A stretch of 63,258 nucleotides of DNA, counting the filler, from Octopus bimaculoides (Eukaryota): NCBI RefSeq assembly GCF_001194135.2. It is 9 parts of 9 records of this genome, joined end to end, with 100 filler letters (N's around TTAATTAATTAA, not from the genome) between each part and the next. Parts side by side here need not be neighbours in the genome. Positions count along the whole stretch, not along the records: positions 59,799 to 63,258 come from NW_026322621.1; 8 more parts are not named here. One strand, written 5' to 3'. The notes under the pieces were generated by a model. That model ran no database searches. It was not told where the DNA came from and saw nothing but the letters and a program-made list of their open reading frames with translations. The translations under genes and the position numbers were made by a program. Below are positions 62,203-63,258 of this stretch, in pieces; position 1 is the first letter of the stretch; every line of letters begins with the position of its first letter.

Positions 62203-63258
62203 GTAAGTTGTTAACAGTGTTTTTCTATATTCATACCTTGTGGCTGGATGAATGCTAGGGAAAATACAGTGTGTTCCTGGTATGTCAAACCTACAATGCA
62301 TTTCACTTTCCTGTTGAAGTTATTTCACTCTCTTTAAGCTATTTACGTACACTACAACTTTCCATTAAAGTTTCTTTTTAAAACTTTGAAAAGAAATGGT
62401 GAAGTAAAACTGTAAGAAATAAGTGTTTGATATTGAAAGGATTGACTGAACACTTCCCACTATGTCTTCATACTACAGAACTTGCNNNNNNNNNNNNNNN
62501 NNNNNNNNNNNNNNNNNNNNNNNNNNNNNNNNNNNNNNNNNNNNNNNNNNNNNNNNNNNNNNNNNNNNNNNNNNNNNNNNNNNNNNNNNNNNNNNNNNNN
62601 NNNNNNNNNNNNNNNNATTTTATCTAGTCTCCTAATTTCTGAGAAATGTTTGGATATCATGACTTGTAATTAAACTTTAAAACAAAAAGTCAGCAGTGAA
62701 TTGGTGACAAATACAAAGTGCATTACAGAAGTTTTGAGACAATCTTTTTAGGAGAAGTGCTTATAACTGTCTTAAATTATTGTAATTTTAGTATATCATT
62801 ATGATACAACAAATAAATTGTCCTGCCAACTATTTTATTCCAGAGGGAAGGAGTCAGTTGTAACAGCACTTTGAACACACTCTACTAAAGACTGCTTGTC
62901 ACAGCTGACTAGTTTGCAGAATGCAGTCAGGACAAGGAAACAGTTTAGAAGCTTGTTAGGCATTTAAGTAAAAGGATCCTATCTTAAAGAATATTAGAGT
63001 TTTATATTTCTTTGAAATTAATAAATGTCTCTCCTGGAAAAATTTCAAACATTCTGGAATGCACTTTTATTTTAGTCTCAACTTTAAAATTCTGTTTGAA
63101 CTTCTTACACTACAGGTTGATACAATAAATGTATTGGAGCTTAAATCTATCAGTTACATCATCCACTGGATCAAGCAAATATATTTATGTCTTGCTTCCC
63201 ACATAGCTTCTTGATTTCAATCCCTACCACCTACCACTTTAAGCCTTTTTTAGCCCTT

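Overview
AT-rich, microsatellite-dense eukaryotic DNA with many N gaps. The SINE families and repeat landscape are typical of a cephalopod, probably Octopus (inference; no database search was run). Two host genes are supported by splice-site and protein-motif evidence. (1) A minus-strand gene encodes a divergent multi-fasciclin (FAS1) protein: firm exons at 7912-8074, 7519-7639 and 245-478, with uncertain upstream exons at about 15.0, 43.7 and 44.2 kb. (2) A plus-strand gene has an exon at 62051-62202 encoding a Tyr-rich tract followed by an LRR N-terminal cap (Cx3CxCx6C), with a possible signal-peptide exon at 58640-58728. The rest is intronic or intergenic and packed with decayed mobile elements: several Penelope-like elements (PLE, two Naiad-like), RTE and R4/Dong-like LINEs, a Gypsy LTR 5' end, mariners, hAT and Tc1 MITEs, and many tRNA-derived SINEs. 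The most notable unexplained structures are type I hammerhead ribozymes (one near-canonical at 32956-33044, minus strand, sense to the FAS1 gene), a triplicated/inverted repeat that can fold into long alternative dsRNA just upstream of the LRR-cap exon, a 62-bp SINE-derived satellite, a degenerate ~34-bp array and several candidate microexons. Gene models are manual, incomplete and need RNA-seq.
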